Below, piece by piece: positions 18,086 through 27,203 of a stretch of DNA of 64,000 bases. The notes under the pieces were generated by a model. That model saw only the letters and a program-made list of their open reading frames with translations. It made no database searches and was not told the origin of the DNA. Position numbers and translations under genes: made by a program. The stretch covers positions 800,001 to 864,000 of the forward strand of contig CBDCDS010000003.1 of NCBI GenBank assembly GCA_965215365.1, in the 5' to 3' direction. The stretch is from Gammaproteobacteria bacterium (GTDB lineage: Bacteria; Pseudomonadota; Gammaproteobacteria; Eutrophobiales; Eutrophobiaceae). Numbering within the stretch: the first letter of the stretch is position 1; the number at the start of each line of letters is the position of its first letter.

Positions 18086-21000
18086 TATTCTGCGTCAGCC
18101 GCAAACATGCGGGCCTTGAAGACCGGGTCTAAGGATTTGGCGCCGGGGATGAACGAATCGCCGTTGACATAGATCTCGTCTGCATCTGCGGTGAGTTTTT
18201 GTTCCAGGACGAACTGTTTGTCCCGTTCCAGTTCCGGCTTTTCCCAGCCTTCAGTGTCACGCCATAAGACTGTGGTTTGGCGTCCGCCGAGCAGGCCGCG
18301 CACGACCAGATAGCGGCGTTGCTCATCGTGGTAAGTTCGGCGGGTTTGTACTTGCAGCCCCAGCAGGTAGTTGAAGGTTTCCGGGAGGTCTATGCGCTGT
18401 TCCCGGGTCGCTCCGTTGTTGCGGATGGCGAGTTTGTAGTCGAAGGGTCGGGCCAGTTGTTCTACGTTCAGCAACGTCGCGCTGTGCCGGGTTTCCGTCC
18501 GCAGCATGTAGCTGAGCAGGTAGTCATCGAATTTCATGGCCTGCTGGCTGGCCGAGTCGTCTACTTCGATATTGTTCAGCGCGTCCTCGTAGCTTTCCAG
18601 GCGCAGGTACTTGATGATGCGCGGGCCGCGCGCGGCTTCTTCCTGAGTGGCCATGCGTTTGGGTTTGCCGTCCTTCCATTCCGGGGTGAAGGTGACTTTT
18701 TTGAGGCGTGGCAGGAGCACCGAGTCGAAGTAGTCGGCACTTTCAACGACAATGAATTTGTGTCTCTTCGCGTATTCTCGATTGATATTAATAACCGCAT
18801 GACCTGTTGTTCCAGAGCCCGCAAAGAAATCCAGAATGGTTCCCTGAGTGCCTGATAGCAGTAGTGCGCAACGCTCAACCAGCTCGGAAGGTTTGGGTTT
18901 CAGCTTATCGATCAAAGTACGGAAATAACCATTGCCAAACATGCGTAACAGCAATTTTGTAGCGTCAGTGGTAGTTTTAACGTCATCCCACAAGGTTGTA
19001 GGGGCCAGACCGCGCTCCTGTGCTTCGGCAAGATAGCGCTTGTATTGCGGCCGTCCGTTGCCACTCATTCCGAATAAAATGCGCCCCTCTGACATCAATT
19101 TGTCAACCACATCCTTTTCAAAACGCCAGCACCGACCTTCCGGCGGCCAAAACTCCCTGCCGTTTTTTGGGTTAACGATGGGATATGTCAGGTTCTCACG
19201 GATGTTGGGGGCATCCATGGGGTCCAAAGTCCAAGGTCCTTTGGGATCGTTATCAGGATTACTGAAATTTTGTATTGCCTGAGGTAGGCGAAATTTTGAT
19301 TTCTCGGTATCCAGTCGTACCTTGTCTGCGGCAAAAAAAGTAGTATGGTTGGTGGAGAGTGAAATCAGTGTATCGCTGGAAACGGATTTACGACTTTGCC
19401 AGATAATATCAGCAACAAAATTTGAAGTGCCCCAGGTCTGGTCCATGACAGGTTTGAGATTTGCGTACTCACCATCGTCGGTGCTGACAAAAATACCGGC
19501 AGTATCCTTGGCCAGAACCCTGCTTTGCCTCAACCTGTCCCACATCATCGACATCCAGGAACTATGCTGGTAATCGTCTTTATATGCAAAGTCATTCAAA
19601 CTGGTATTGTAGGGTGGGTCGATGTATATACAGTCAATCGACTGCGCGTAGCCTGCGCTCAGAAAAGACAATGCCTGCCAGTTCTCGCTATGCACCAACA
19701 ACCCATCACAAAGCTCGTCGATATTTTCCAAAGACGCCAGCAGCTCATCCTTGAATGTCTCTGAGAAGTGTCGGGTATCCAACACCAGCGTTGGGTGGTC
19801 GCGCATGAAGCCGGTGCGCCGTGCCGGCACCTCGCTACTGGAATTAAACAGGTCGGTCTCATTCTCATCAATGTGGAATAACTCCTGCCATTCCGTCCAT
19901 TGTGGTTCACAGGCGGCAATCTCCGGGTAGAAGCGTTCATGGACATGGGCAAGGGTGATGCAATACTGTGTGTCGGTAATGAACTTGCGTTTCTCCCACA
20001 GTAATCTTTGAAATCCTTCGATCTGCTCCAGCAAGTCGATGATGCGTTCACCCATCGTCCTGATTACCCTGGCCACCTGGAACCAGCCTTCCGCAAAGCC
20101 CTCGCCGGCAAGTTCGAAATCATCCAGGTTCAAAACCTCGCTCTTGATATAGAACTCCAGTTCCCGGGATAAGAACGCCTTAAGGTTCTTGTGGATAAAA
20201 AAGTCAGAAGTGTTGCGGCGGGTATATTGTCGCAGGTGGTGTTCCAGGTGTGTAACCGGTTCGTTTTCCGCACTGCGCCGGCGTTCGGCGGTTAGCGCAA
20301 GATGAATTTCGTTTGCCAGTCCGGGGCGACTGCCCAACTCCGCAACACCTTCATCAATAATAGCCTCCTGTTGATTGGCATTGCCGTAACGTTCCTGCTC
20401 CTGTTCATTCAAGGGACGGTACTCAAAAGGAAGTATCAGCTTTTTTGTGTTTTCATCGACGGCAATGTCATGAACAAGCGGCAGGAAAAACCGCTTGTCG
20501 CCCTTGATGTTGTTGTGCTCTACATCGGCGGCCCGTAGCTTGAAATATATGGTGGCACCGTGCGCCCGATAGGAGTAGTCGTGAAAGTGTTCGGCCGTCT
20601 TGATGTAGTACTGATCGGCATTCGCCCAGTGCAGGTAAACCTCTTCCCCGTTGTAGGGAATCGCGTAGCGTTGTTGCCTGGAGTAGCGTCGCTTGGAGAT
20701 GAAATCGCCATCCTGGTAGTAGCGGCTGAAAAAGGCAAACAAGTGGTTGAAGATGTCCCGCTCTAGGGTGGCCCGGCTGCGTGCGCCGCGCGTGCGCCGT
20801 TGCAACTTCAGATATTTTTCTCCTATGGGAATATCGTGGTAGCTGTCATTCAGAGTACCCGCAGCATCCAGCGCCTTGTTGCCCAGCGTTTCTCTGATAA
20901 GCCGGGTCGTGTCCTGCAACTCGCTGAGGGCCAGTTCCTGATCGTGCAGGATGCCTTGATCCAGTTCTTCATTGACAGCTTTAACCAGATCTTCAGAGAT

Positions 21001-21132
21001 GAATTTTTCGACTACATCCCGCTTGTGATTCATGATGCGGTAGATGCCGAAATCCAGGTCAGCACAATCGAACTGGAACAGTTCCCGCAGAAGTTGTTGG
21101 AATTTTTCCTGATTTTGGTTGGTAGTCGTCAT
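18085..21132 (-). CDS. mod: Type III restriction-modification Mod subunit (amino-methyltransferase, beta class)
   Basis: IYIDPPYNT catalytic motif followed by DFFAGSGTT SAM motif, with an AT-richer target-recognition region between; translationally coupled to res. Confidence 0.9.
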   Translation of the reverse strand: MTTTNQNQEKFQQLLRELFQFDCADLDFGIYRIMNHKRDVVEKFISEDLVKAVNEELDQGILHDQELALSELQDTTRLIRETLGNKALDAAGTLNDSYHDIPIGEKYLKLQRRTRGARSRATLERDIFNHLFAFFSRYYQDGDFISKRRYSRQQRYAIPYNGEEVYLHWANADQYYIKTAEHFHDYSYRAHGATIYFKLRAADVEHNNIKGDKRFFLPLVHDIAVDENTKKLILPFEYRPLNEQEQERYGNANQQEAIIDEGVAELGSRPGLANEIHLALTAERRRSAENEPVTHLEHHLRQYTRRNTSDFFIHKNLKAFLSRELEFYIKSEVLNLDDFELAGEGFAEGWFQVARVIRTMGERIIDLLEQIEGFQRLLWEKRKFITDTQYCITLAHVHERFYPEIAACEPQWTEWQELFHIDENETDLFNSSSEVPARRTGFMRDHPTLVLDTRHFSETFKDELLASLENIDELCDGLLVHSENWQALSFLSAGYAQSIDCIYIDPPYNTSLNDFAYKDDYQHSSWMSMMWDRLRQSRVLAKDTAGIFVSTDDGEYANLKPVMDQTWGTSNFVADIIWQSRKSVSSDTLISLSTNHTTFFAADKVRLDTEKSKFRLPQAIQNFSNPDNDPKGPWTLDPMDAPNIRENLTYPIVNPKNGREFWPPEGRCWRFEKDVVDKLMSEGRILFGMSGNGRPQYKRYLAEAQERGLAPTTLWDDVKTTTDATKLLLRMFGNGYFRTLIDKLKPKPSELVERCALLLSGTQGTILDFFAGSGTTGHAVININREYAKRHKFIVVESADYFDSVLLPRLKKVTFTPEWKDGKPKRMATQEEAARGPRIIKYLRLESYEDALNNIEVDDSASQQAMKFDDYLLSYMLRTETRHSATLLNVEQLARPFDYKLAIRNNGATREQRIDLPETFNYLLGLQVQTRRTYHDEQRRYLVVRGLLGGRQTTVLWRDTEGWEKPELERDKQFVLEQKLTADADEIYVNGDSFIPGAKSLDPVFKARMFAADAE

Positions 21133-21355
21133 TCCTTTAATTTCCGAACTTGCCGGCACTCCAAATGAATTTTTATATGAGGGTTTAGAGGTTCCTATGA
21201 GGCACTACGGATGGATAGTAAATGCTCTTGCAGCGATTGTCCAGAGAAATGTCCAGGTGTCCAGGTTCAATACAGTAAGAGTCTCACTTGTTTCTGAACC
21301 CGGACAGAGAAAGAGAGAATCTGGTCTGGCGCAGAAGAGCCAAATCGCAGGCAAC

Positions 21356-21380
21356 AAAAAAGGGGCTTACGCCCCTTTTT
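21356..21380 (-). terminator. Rho-independent terminator downstream of pqqA (bidirectional-type)
   Basis: aaaaaaggggc-ttac-gccccttttt GC stem with A/T tracts on both sides. Confidence 0.8.
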
Positions 21381-21400
21381 CGCAACTCGTAATAAAACTA

Positions 21401-21475
21401 TTACTTGTTGTTGATGTACATCGTAACTTCGAAACCGAAGCGGATGTCGCTGTATTCAGGAGTTTGCCAATTCAT
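21401..21475 (-). CDS. pqqA: Pyrroloquinoline quinone precursor peptide PqqA (24 aa)
   Basis: Hand translation MNWQTPEYSDIRFGFEVTMYINNK, with the W-x-TP and GFEVTMY (E-x3-Y) signature; GGAGA RBS; absent from the ORF track. Confidence 0.95.
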   Translation of the reverse strand: MNWQTPEYSDIRFGFEVTMYINNK

Positions 21476-21528
21476 TATGTCTCTCCGGTTGGGTTAATGG
21501 TAAGGGTTATCGTGCTTGCCCTGTATTT

Positions 21529-21544
21529 TGCAGGTTCCGTGCCA
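21529..21544 (-). promoter_or_regulatory. Putative sigma54 (-24/-12) promoter of pqqA
   Basis: Minus strand TGGCACGGAACCTGCA versus consensus TGGCACG-N4-TTGCW, 54 nt upstream of the start codon, with an AT-rich region further upstream. Confidence 0.65.
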
Positions 21545-21708
21545 AAATCGTGAATATTTCTTGAAATCTAATAAAAATTATTATAAATCAAACGGTTATT
21601 GAAAAACCATCCATTCGGTAAAAAATTCTGAAGCGGCTCATAGTACAAAAAAACTGGTTGTTATGCTTCACTTTTCTGGTTGCCTACAACCATTTAACTT
21701 GTCTTTGT

Positions 21709-21965
21709 TGCGCCAGGCGGCGTTGGGCGGCGTCATTCAGTCGGTCATGTACTTGATGTACACTCCCTCCTTCATTCCTTGCCCGCCTTGCCTGACACAA
21801 AAAATCCTGCGTTAAAACCCTTTGTTGTCTTTTTTCATTGCGCCCATCCCTGGGCGCAACCCTTCGGGCAGCCTGTGGCCGTGCAAATCGGCTATCCTGC
21901 CGATTGGTGCGCTAGGCGGCGTTGGGCGGCGTCATTCAGTCGGTCATGTGCTCATTGTACACTTC
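21709..21965. repeat. Composite MITE/REP-like repeat with a duplicated ~55-bp unit
   Basis: ggcggcgttgggcggcgtcattcagtcggtcatgt occurs at about 21716 and 21915; aatcggctatcctgccgattggt is shared, inverted, with about 29773-29796. Confidence 0.7.
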
Positions 21966-22841
21966 TGCGGCTTCGAATACCGGGCCGTCCACACAGACCC
22001 GCTGCATGGTGGTTTCCCCGTTGCGGTAAACGGGTATCGCACAGCCGGCGCAGCCGCCGGTTGCACAGGCCATGTACTCTTCCACCGAGACCTGACAGGG
22101 CAGGGAAAATTCCGCGGCCAGTGCGGCCACGGCCTGCAGCATGGGGGTGGGACCACAACTGAAGAGCTCCACCTGCTGCCGTTGCGAGGGGGCGAGGTGG
22201 CTCAGCCAGAGGCGCGCCAGATCGGTGACGAAACCATGGTAACAGCCGGGATAACCCTGTTTGCTGGTGAGGCGGCTGGGGATGCCCCAGTCTTCCAGCA
22301 AGGGCATGCAGGCCAGCGCCTCGGGGGGAACGCCGTCCACCATGATCTGCGACGGTCGGGGCTGGAACGGAAAGGGAATCTCCGAACCCATGATCACCAA
22401 AGGCCGCACATCTGTGGCTTGTGTTGCGATATGCTCGGCCAAAAATACCATGGGCGGGATACCCACGCCACCGCCGATGAGCAAGGGGAAACGCCGGTAG
22501 CCCTGCAGCTTGAACGGTGTGCCGACAGGTCCGAGCAGGTTGATATGATCGCCAGGCCGGGCGCCGGCCAGTTTTTGCGTGCCCTGCCCATGCACTTTGT
22601 AGAGAATGTCTATCCAGCCGGCGTTGCGGTCGGCGCGCATGATCGACATGGGCCGGCGCATGGGCAGAGCCTCATGGCAGCGCAGGTGCACGAAGCTGCC
22701 GGGCCGCGCCCGGGCCGCGCAGGCGCCGGCAGCCAGACGCAGCAGGTACTGCTCGGCAGCCAGCGGCTGCTGCAGCACTACCGCCGCATCTTCAACAAAA
22801 ATAGTGGCGCGGGTGGCCGGATGGCGTACCGACTCAGTCAT
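21936..22841 (-). CDS. Dihydroorotate dehydrogenase electron transfer subunit (PyrK-like)
   Basis: RRPMSI, GGGVGIPP, SCGP-x-PML and 2Fe-2S EEYMACATGGCAGC...RVCVDGPVF motifs. Confidence 0.88.
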   Translation of the reverse strand: MTESVRHPATRATIFVEDAAVVLQQPLAAEQYLLRLAAGACAARARPGSFVHLRCHEALPMRRPMSIMRADRNAGWIDILYKVHGQGTQKLAGARPGDHINLLGPVGTPFKLQGYRRFPLLIGGGVGIPPMVFLAEHIATQATDVRPLVIMGSEIPFPFQPRPSQIMVDGVPPEALACMPLLEDWGIPSRLTSKQGYPGCYHGFVTDLARLWLSHLAPSQRQQVELFSCGPTPMLQAVAALAAEFSLPCQVSVEEYMACATGGCAGCAIPVYRNGETTMQRVCVDGPVFEAAEVYNEHMTD

Positions 22842-24111
22842 GGCTAAAAGCCGGCTTGCCGTCAATGAGGGTATGCGTGACCCGGCCGCACATCTCCCAA
22901 CCATCGAAAGGCGTGTTCTTGCCGGCGCTGGTCAAGGCTGCGGCGCTGAGCGTCCACTGTTGCCGATCATCGAAGATAAACAGGTCGCCCGGCGCCCCCG
23001 GCGTCAGGCTGCCGGCGTTAATGCCGATAACCGCAGCCGGATGACAGGTCAGCGCTGCGACGATTTGCGTCGGGGTGAAGGCGCGGGTGGCAACCAGATT
23101 GAATGCCAGCGGCGCCAGTGCTTCCAGGGTGGAAGCGCCGGCTTCGGTGCTGCTGAACGGCGCCGCCTTGGCGTCTTCATCATGCGGCTGGTGGTCCGAG
23201 CAGACGGCGTCAATGACACCGTTGCGCAGCCCGTCCAGCAACGCCAGCCGGTCGCGGTCGGTGCGCAGCGGCGGCCACAGGTGGCACTGGGCATTGAAAC
23301 CGTCCACATCGGTCTCGGTCAGGTACAGGTGACAGATGCCCACATCAGCGCTCACCGGCAACCCCTGCTGCTTTGCGGCGCCGACCAGTTCCACACTGCG
23401 GGCGCAGGACAGACGGCAGAAATGCGCCCTGACCCCGGTCTGTTCGATCAGCAACAAGGCGCGGCTGATGGCGCTGGTCTCGGCGGTTGCCGGGATGCCG
23501 GGCAGGCCCAGGCGCGTGCTGATTTTGCCCTCGTGCATAACCCCTTGGTTTCTCAGGTAACTGTCTTCCGGGTGAATGAACACGGGCAGCTCAAAACTGG
23601 CGGCATATTCAAACGCACGGCGCAGCACTTCCGTGTCAACGATCGGGCTGTCGGCATTGGACAAGCCTATGCAACCGGCCTGCTTGAGCGCCGCCACGGC
23701 CGTTAACTGGCGTCCTTCTAGGCCCCGGGTCAACGCGCCCAAGGGGTGGATGCGCGTCTGTTTGGTACGCGCCTGACGCTGGTGCACCAGCTCCACTACC
23801 GCCGGGTTGTCTGTCACCGGCCGGGTGTTGGGCGGGCACACCATTGCAGTGACCCCGGCGCGTAACGCCGCCGCGCTTTCCGAGGCGATGCTGGCCTTGT
23901 GTTCAAAGCCCGGCTCGCGGGTATGTACGCTCAGATCCACAATGCCGGGGCAGACAAACTCACCCTCCAGCGTGATCTCCAGATCGGCGCGGAAGCCATC
24001 GGCAGGTGCGCCCACGGCAACGATCCGGCCGTCTGCAATGCACAAGTCACCGGCGTCATCAAGTTGTTGCAAGGGACAGATCAGGCGCCCGTTACGGATC
24101 AGGATACGCAT
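22834..24111 (-). CDS. pyrC: Dihydroorotase-like protein (PyrC', probably inactive ATCase-associated subunit)
   Basis: Follows pyrB; DLSVHTREPG instead of DxHxH, plus SDHQPH and GKNTPFDG. Confidence 0.85.
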   Translation of the reverse strand: MRILIRNGRLICPLQQLDDAGDLCIADGRIVAVGAPADGFRADLEITLEGEFVCPGIVDLSVHTREPGFEHKASIASESAAALRAGVTAMVCPPNTRPVTDNPAVVELVHQRQARTKQTRIHPLGALTRGLEGRQLTAVAALKQAGCIGLSNADSPIVDTEVLRRAFEYAASFELPVFIHPEDSYLRNQGVMHEGKISTRLGLPGIPATAETSAISRALLLIEQTGVRAHFCRLSCARSVELVGAAKQQGLPVSADVGICHLYLTETDVDGFNAQCHLWPPLRTDRDRLALLDGLRNGVIDAVCSDHQPHDEDAKAAPFSSTEAGASTLEALAPLAFNLVATRAFTPTQIVAALTCHPAAVIGINAGSLTPGAPGDLFIFDDRQQWTLSAAALTSAGKNTPFDGWEMCGRVTHTLIDGKPAFSHD

Positions 24112-25091
24112 CAGTCTGTGCCGGCTCTGGCGCCGGACGCAGCGCCCGTGACCATGGCCATGACCGCCATGCGTACCGCGATACCGTGGCTGACCTGTTG
24201 CAGGATGACCGAGCGCGCGCCGTCCGCCACCTGCGAATCAATTTCAATGCCGCGGTTGATCGGGCCCGGATGCATCACCATCACGTCCGGGCTGGCCACG
24301 CTGAGGCGCGCCTCGGTCAGGCCGAAACACTGGAAATACTCCTCTTCGCTGGGCAGCACCGCATTGCCGATGCGCTCCCGCTGCAAGCGCAACATGGTGA
24401 TGACATCCACCTCGCGCAGCCCCTCCTGCAAATCATGGAAGACCTGTACCCCCAGGCTTTCAATAGCTACTGGCAGCAGGGTTTTCGGCGCGATGACGCG
24501 AATATCGCTCACTCCCAGGGTACTCAGCGCGTGGATCTTGGAGCGGGCCACCCGCGAGTGCGCAATGTCGCCGACGATGGCTACCCGCAGCGCCTCGAAA
24601 TCCGGCTTGTGCCGGCGGATGGTAAAAACATCCAGCATGGCCTGGGTGGGGTGGGCATGGCGGCCATCCCCGGCGTTGATGACATGGACATCGTCCGCCA
24701 CCTGGCCGGCGATGAAATGCGCCGCGCCGCTGTTGCCGTGGCGCACCACAAACAGGTCGCAGTGCATGGCTTCTAAGGTGTGCAAGGTATCTCGTAGCGA
24801 TTCGCCCTTGCTGGTGGCCGAAGTGGCAATGTTGATATTGAGCACATCCGCGGACAGGCGTTTGGCTGCCAGCTCGAAAGTGGTGCGAGTGCGGGTGCTG
24901 GACTCAAAAAACAGGTTGGCCACGGTTTTACCGCGTAACAGGGGTACTTTCTTCACTGCGCGCCCGCTCACGCCGGCAAAGGATTCGGCATAGTCGAGGA
25001 TGCTGGTGAGGATATCACGGCTCAAACCCTCCGTCGTCAGGAAGTGTTTAAGACACCCGTGCCGGTCCAGTTGCATGGAGTGGGCGCTCAT
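24111..25091 (-). CDS. pyrB: Aspartate carbamoyltransferase catalytic subunit
   Basis: [18 protein letters not shown] and HPGPINRG motifs. Confidence 0.97.
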   Translation of the reverse strand: MSAHSMQLDRHGCLKHFLTTEGLSRDILTSILDYAESFAGVSGRAVKKVPLLRGKTVANLFFESSTRTRTTFELAAKRLSADVLNINIATSATSKGESLRDTLHTLEAMHCDLFVVRHGNSGAAHFIAGQVADDVHVINAGDGRHAHPTQAMLDVFTIRRHKPDFEALRVAIVGDIAHSRVARSKIHALSTLGVSDIRVIAPKTLLPVAIESLGVQVFHDLQEGLREVDVITMLRLQRERIGNAVLPSEEEYFQCFGLTEARLSVASPDVMVMHPGPINRGIEIDSQVADGARSVILQQVSHGIAVRMAVMAMVTGAASGARAGTD

Positions 25092-25600
25092 GTCACTGTG
25101 GAGATTTCCAGCGCCAGCGGCGCCGCGCCTGACAACTTGAGATGCTGGTTTGCCGCCAGCTCCAAGCGTGTGCCCGTCACGTCCGCCTGCACGGGTAGCT
25201 CCCTGCCGCCACGATCTACCAGCACCGCCAGACAGATGCTCGCGGCCCGTCCGTAGTCGAACAGTTCATTCATTGCCGCGCGCACGGTACGGCCGGTGTA
25301 AAGCACGTCATCGATCAGGATAACGTGGCGGTCGGTCACGTCAAAGGGCAAGCTCGATGGCGTGACCCGGGGATGCAGGCCAATGCGGCTGAAATCATCC
25401 CGGTAAAAGGCAATATTGAGTTTACCCAAAGGCTGGGTAGTTTGATACAGGCCAAGCAACTGTTGCGCCACCCGCACTCCGCCGGTATGAATGCCGACAA
25501 ACAAGGGGTTGGTTCTGTTATGTTCCCGTAAATATCGATCCAGGCCGGTTTTCATGCTCCGGATCAGGGATTCTACGTCTGGCACTTTTTCCACCGGCAT
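25088..25600 (-). CDS. pyrR: Bifunctional pyr regulator / uracil phosphoribosyltransferase
   Basis: [21 protein letters not shown] and DRGGRELP motifs. Confidence 0.93.
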   Translation of the reverse strand: MPVEKVPDVESLIRSMKTGLDRYLREHNRTNPLFVGIHTGGVRVAQQLLGLYQTTQPLGKLNIAFYRDDFSRIGLHPRVTPSSLPFDVTDRHVILIDDVLYTGRTVRAAMNELFDYGRAASICLAVLVDRGGRELPVQADVTGTRLELAANQHLKLSGAAPLALEISTVT

Positions 25601-25604
25601 ATCC

Positions 25605-25848
25605 TAGCCCGCAGATCTCACCCAGTCGCTTGTTGCCTTGTGAAACATCATTGCTCTCAATAAGTGATGATCATACTGCTGCTCTTTCCACCTAACCCAC
25701 TGCGCTTGATGCGCCCTCGCGGGTCTTGGTGCTGCCTGCGGGCACGTGCTTGTTCAACCAGAGAACCACTATGCTCATCGTCGCAGGCACCCGCAGGCAG
25801 CACCAATCCGGTGCGATCTTCGCATCACCCGGTGAGATCTGCGGGCTG
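25605..25848. mobile_element. ~244-bp MITE-like element (family B) between yqgF and pyrR
   Basis: Terminal inverted repeats agcccgcagatctcacc / ggtgagatctgcgggct, inner inverted pair ttggtgctgcctgcggg / cccgcaggcagcaccaa; a degenerate half-copy at 38227-38360 and one end at 39290-39307. Confidence 0.75.
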
Positions 25849-25863
25849 GCCATTATAGCATCA

Positions 25864-26268
25864 TCAGATGTTCCCGACATCCCGCAACCAGCCTTCTAGG
25901 ATCACCTGGGCGGCGATATGGTCTGTATGCACCCGGCGCTGTTGTCGGGACCTGGCTTCGATGGTAGTCAGTCGCTCGTCGGCGCGCAGCACCGGCAGCC
26001 GATAACGACCGCGGAGCTTGCGTGCGAAGGCGTCGGCGGCATCACCGAGGCGCTGCCGGCTGCCGTCCATATTCAGCGGCTCGCCCACCACCAGCGCCTG
26101 CGGTTGCCATTCGCCGAGCAGCGCGCCGATGCGGTTCCAGTCCGGACGGCCGTTGCGCGCCGGGATGATTTCCAGCGGCGTGGCCGTGGCAGTCAGCGTC
26201 TGCCCTACTGCCACGCCGATGCGTTTGATGCCGAAATCAAAGCACAACAAGGTAGTGGGGCGCGACAC
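25864..26268 (-). CDS. yqgF: YqgF/RuvX pre-16S rRNA nuclease (Holliday junction resolvase-like)
   Basis: FDFGIKRIGVAVG, VVG-x-PLNMDG and DERLTT motifs; GTG start inferred. Confidence 0.9.
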   Translation of the reverse strand: MSRPTTLLCFDFGIKRIGVAVGQTLTATATPLEIIPARNGRPDWNRIGALLGEWQPQALVVGEPLNMDGSRQRLGDAADAFARKLRGRYRLPVLRADERLTTIEARSRQQRRVHTDHIAAQVILEGWLRDVGNI

Positions 26269-26284
26269 CTGGTGTTGTTTCAGG

Positions 26285-26845
26285 TCAGGCGTGTCCGCAA
26301 CTGGCCGAAAGTTGATGGTGATGAATGCCCAGCAGCGCCGTGGCCGCAGACCAGCGCAACTCACACGGTGTATTGAAGATGATCTCCGGGTCTGCGGACA
26401 CATTCAGCCAGGAGTTTTCCTTGATTTCCTCTTCCAGTTGTCCGGCGGTCCAACCGGCGTAGCCCAGCGCAATGAGGAACTGCTGCGGCCCGGCGTTTTC
26501 GGCGATGGCATGCAATATGTCCCGGGATGTGGTAATGCCCAGCACATCGCTGACACGAATCGAGGAGTCCCACCCGCTATCGGGTTCATGCAGTACAAAT
26601 CCCCGGTCGGTGTGAACCGGCCCGCCCTGATACACAGGCAGCCTGGCAATGGCCTGATCGTCCGGCGTCAGCTCCATCTGCGTGAGAATTTCACCCAGCT
26701 CGCAATTCGCCGGACGGTTGAGCACCAGCCCCATGGCGCCCTCATCATTATGCGCGCAGATGTAGGTGACTGTCTGAGAAAAGTTGGGGTCTCTCAGACT
26801 GGGCATAGCAATGAGAAACTGGTTGGTCAGGTTATTGAACTGCAT
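26285..26845 (-). CDS. yqgE: YqgE/AlgH family protein
   Basis: FLIAMP, GAMGLVLNRP, GGPV and LGYAGW-x-AGQLE-x-EI motifs. Confidence 0.93.
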   Translation of the reverse strand: MQFNNLTNQFLIAMPSLRDPNFSQTVTYICAHNDEGAMGLVLNRPANCELGEILTQMELTPDDQAIARLPVYQGGPVHTDRGFVLHEPDSGWDSSIRVSDVLGITTSRDILHAIAENAGPQQFLIALGYAGWTAGQLEEEIKENSWLNVSADPEIIFNTPCELRWSAATALLGIHHHQLSASCGHA

Positions 26846-27054
26846 GAGCTACCTCGGTGCGTAGTCGCTGCACTACAAACAGCGTTTATGGCGGCGGGCC
26901 TGGTGAATCTGAACGACATAGCTGTAATAGTATCCCCATACGCAACAGAATGCCACCTGAAGCATAGGCTTGCTACAAAAAACTATGTCTTGAACCTGCC
27001 GTACGGTCCCGCTAACACAGCCGTCGGGGACCAGCGAGGCGCACCTGACAGCTC
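26846..27054 (-). ncRNA. Candidate ~210-nt rod-like structured RNA or leader directly upstream of yqgE
   Basis: Nested complementary blocks on the minus strand (gagct/agctc, ggtgcg/cgcacc, tcgctg/cagcga, gcggg/cccgc, gacatag/ctatgtc), extended by G-U pairs on that strand. Confidence 0.4.
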
Positions 27055-27112
27055 TACCGATGCGGACTGAATGCTTACCAAGACGACTTTCTGACCCCGC
27101 TTTTCAAGCTTT

Positions 27113-27182
27113 AGCGGATTTGGACGTCCGCAGGACGCCCGCAGGGGGCGTCCCAAGGATGGGACGCATCACCAAATACCAC
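27113..27182. repeat. 70-bp palindrome-rich repeat, direct copy of 29896-29965
   Basis: agcggatttggacgtccgcaggacgcccgcagggggcgtcccaaggatgggacgcatcac(c/a)aaataccac, with one mismatch between copies. Confidence 0.85.
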
Positions 27183-27203
27183 GCCGCCTGCCAACCAGCA
27201 ACA

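Noticed and set aside
21119-21553. 144-aa plus-strand ORF
   Set aside because: It is antisense to the clear pqqA gene and its terminator, and has no recognisable features.
22834-24111. PyrC pseudogene or novel enzyme because of the lost metal-binding His
   Set aside because: An inactive PyrC' next to pyrB is well known in Pseudomonas-type ATCase complexes.
26846-27054. Firm call as 6S RNA (ssrS)
   Set aside because: Size and shape fit and a ttgaacc-like word is present on the plus strand, but the usual zapA/ygfA context is absent and pairing favours the minus strand; left as a candidate only.
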